From Macrostomum lignano (lineage: Eukaryota), in NCBI GenBank assembly GCA_002269645.1, contig NIVC01000621.1, positions 248,001-312,000 on the forward strand: 64,000 nt of DNA, in the 5' to 3' direction. This document shows, one piece after another, positions 62,096 through 64,000 of this stretch. The position numbers were made by a program, and so were the translations under genes. The notes under the pieces were generated by a model that saw only the letters and a program-made list of their open reading frames with translations, did not search any database and had not been told where the DNA came from. How positions within the stretch are numbered: position 1 is the stretch's first letter; each line of letters begins with the position of its first letter.

Positions 62096-62533
62096 CAGGG
62101 GTCGGCAAACTTTTTTACCTCAAGGGTTGGGTGATGAGCCCAGCTCAGGGCTACGGGCCAGATGAGAGAGAGGAAAGGAGAGGGAATAGAAGAGATAAGA
62201 AACAAGACAAGATTAGAAAAGAGGGGGGAGATGAGAGAAGGGAGAGAAGAGAGAGGGGAAGAGGAGAGAGGGGGAGAAGGAGAGGAGAGATAGAGGGGAG
62301 AGAGGAGAGAGGAGAGAGGGGGAGAAGGAGAGGAGAGATAGAGGGGAGAGAGGAGAGAGGAGAGAGGGATGAGAGAGGGGAGAATGAAGTGAAGAGAGAG
62401 GGGAGTGGAGGGAGAGGGGATGGGAGAGGAGAGAAGAGACATAAATATTGAGCGGGCTGAATCGCTATAATGGTGAAGTTTCAAAGGACCCAAGGGCCGG
62501 ATAGGGAGGCTTCGCGGGTCGGAGTCTGCCGAC
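62096..62533. mobile_element. hAT (Charlie/Buster-like) MITE with an internal GA-rich repeat
   Basis: Starts CAGGGGTCGGCAAAC; degenerate right end GGGCCGGA..GTCTGCCGAC; purine tract at 62160-62440. Confidence 0.6.
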
Positions 62534-63048
62534 TTAATTACAAAAACATGCAAGGATAAGCTAATCGTTGCATCATGGTTGCGGTAAGTATAAATGTCAC
62601 CATGTAGATATAAGAGACGAAACTACTGTATATAGAAAACCAAACGTAAGTTCAATCGCCATTAACAAGAGCATAGTTAAAACAAAACTAGCCACACAGT
62701 TTCCTGTGGTTGCAAAACTAAGCAAAAGTATTGGAATTTTTTTAATCTTTACATTGTCAACTTTTCTGTTGATCAAGAATATTGTTCTATTGTATGTAAA
62801 TACACATGTTCAGGCAAATGAAAATAATATAGCTATTGAGAATTTGTCAAATAAGAACCAGCAATATCGAAAAACCTATTTTATAAAAAGTTTACAACAG
62901 GGCCATATTTGATCTCTAAAAAATAATAATAAACAAAAATGAATTTTCAACTTCAATATTCAATATTCTTAGATATATAGTAATTATAAACTACATGCGC
63001 ATGTAAATATACAAAAATCTGTTTAAGAAAAAATAAGTTTGCCTGATC

Positions 63049-63336
63049 TTAGTCAGAATCGGTATTATCAGTGATTGAGCCATCATCACCACCATCATCA
63101 TCATCATCATCATTATTAGCAGAAGAAATATCAGTTGAACTATCATCATCATGATGATAGTATGGACGACGGCTGGCAGAATTAGACCAATTTCTGTTTA
63201 ATCCTTTAATCCTTATGACACACATTACAAATAATATCAGACCGAAAATCAACGCAGGCCAATTAAAAGTAGCTGGCAACGCAGGCTTGCGTACTGCACT
63301 GCTTCTTCGTTTGCTGCACCGCACCCAGGGGTCCTT
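63049..63336 (-). CDS. Probable terminal exon of a membrane protein (one TM helix + acidic tail)
   Basis: Acceptor TTTGATCCTGCAG at 63337; WPALIFGLILFVMCVIRI followed by an Asp-rich tail. Upstream exons unresolved. Confidence 0.4.
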   Translation of the reverse strand, partial: KDPWVRCSKRRSSAVRKPALPATFNWPALIFGLILFVMCVIRIKGLNRNWSNSASRRPYYHHDDDSSTDISSANNDDDDDDGGDDGSITDNTDSD

Positions 63337-63708
63337 CTGCAGGATCAAATAAAGCTGATATTATAGTTATTGGCAAAATGTACATTAATGTACATTATAG
63401 ACGCACATTAATTGGTTAGAATTCTGCCTTTTTGTATTGGGTGTCTCGCTAATGACAGTAAGGTTCTCAAATAAATTCCCATAGAATGCGAGTCTGATGT
63501 ACTTTTACGGTACAAAGGTTCGATTTTGCTTGAAGATTATATACACTGGCGTACACAGCAAATTATCTCTAAACTATTCCTTGACACAAGAAACCTACAA
63601 AAAAGAAGTAATTCAATACAAAGCATATCAAAACAATTATCAATAGTCTTACCGGGTGGGTGCTTGTCTCATTTTACTTAACGATTATATTTTTGGTATG
63701 AACCAGGC

Positions 63709-64000
63709 CAGTAGCCTCATCAGCTCGGACTCCAGCAGCCTCATCAGCTCGGACTTCAGCAGCCTCATTAGCTCGGACTCCAGTAGCCTCACCAGCTCGG
63801 GCTCCAGTAGCCTCACCAGCTCGGACTCCAGTAGCCTCATCAGCTCGGACTCCAGCAGCCTCATCAGCTCGGACTCCAACTCCAGCAGCCTCATCAGCTC
63901 GGACTCCAGCAGCCTCATCAGCTCGGACTCCAGTAGCCTCATCAGCTCGGACTCCAGTAGCCTCACCAGCTCGGGCTCCAGCAGCCTCATCAGCTCGGAC
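63709..64000. repeat. 24-bp minisatellite, array 2 (same family as 59574-59900); runs off the window
   Basis: Same unit and orientation as array 1. Confidence 0.9.

Noticed and set aside
62080-62553. Ser/Pro/Leu-rich and Arg/Glu/Gly-rich ORFs
   Set aside because: Translations of a GA-rich simple repeat inside a MITE.

Overview
Eukaryotic (metazoan) genomic DNA with spliceosomal introns, GC-rich exons and many mini/microsatellites. The style resembles a free-living flatworm such as Macrostomum; this is inference and was not searched. No rRNA, true tRNA or CRISPR array is supportable. Host genes: POLD2 (3 exons); two tandem secreted PAN/apple + LamG-like paralogs; a 3-exon sFRP3/4-like gene (Frizzled CRD + NTR) that the ORF track shows only as fragments; a probable antimicrobial peptide precursor; a double zinc-ribbon ORF; a C-type lectin + PAN gene; and three paralogous PARP-type ADP-ribosyltransferase domains (one H-Y-E-complete and fused to two spectrin-like repeats, two degenerate with hydrophobic tails). 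Mobile DNA: an open hAT transposase with its terminus, tRNA-derived SINEs, RTE and I-group LINE remnants, a Mag-like Ty3/Gypsy element truncated at a Crypton-type recombinase fragment, a 5'-truncated Ngaro-type tyrosine-recombinase retrotransposon abutting a 662-bp x ~9.6 tandem array (both inside a candidate CAC...GTG element flanked by (GT)n), a microsatellite-cored foldback element, and mariner/Tc1/hAT derivatives. Best leads: the Cys-free cationic peptide precursor, the PARP family with new domain architectures, and the sFRP with a deleted CRD segment.
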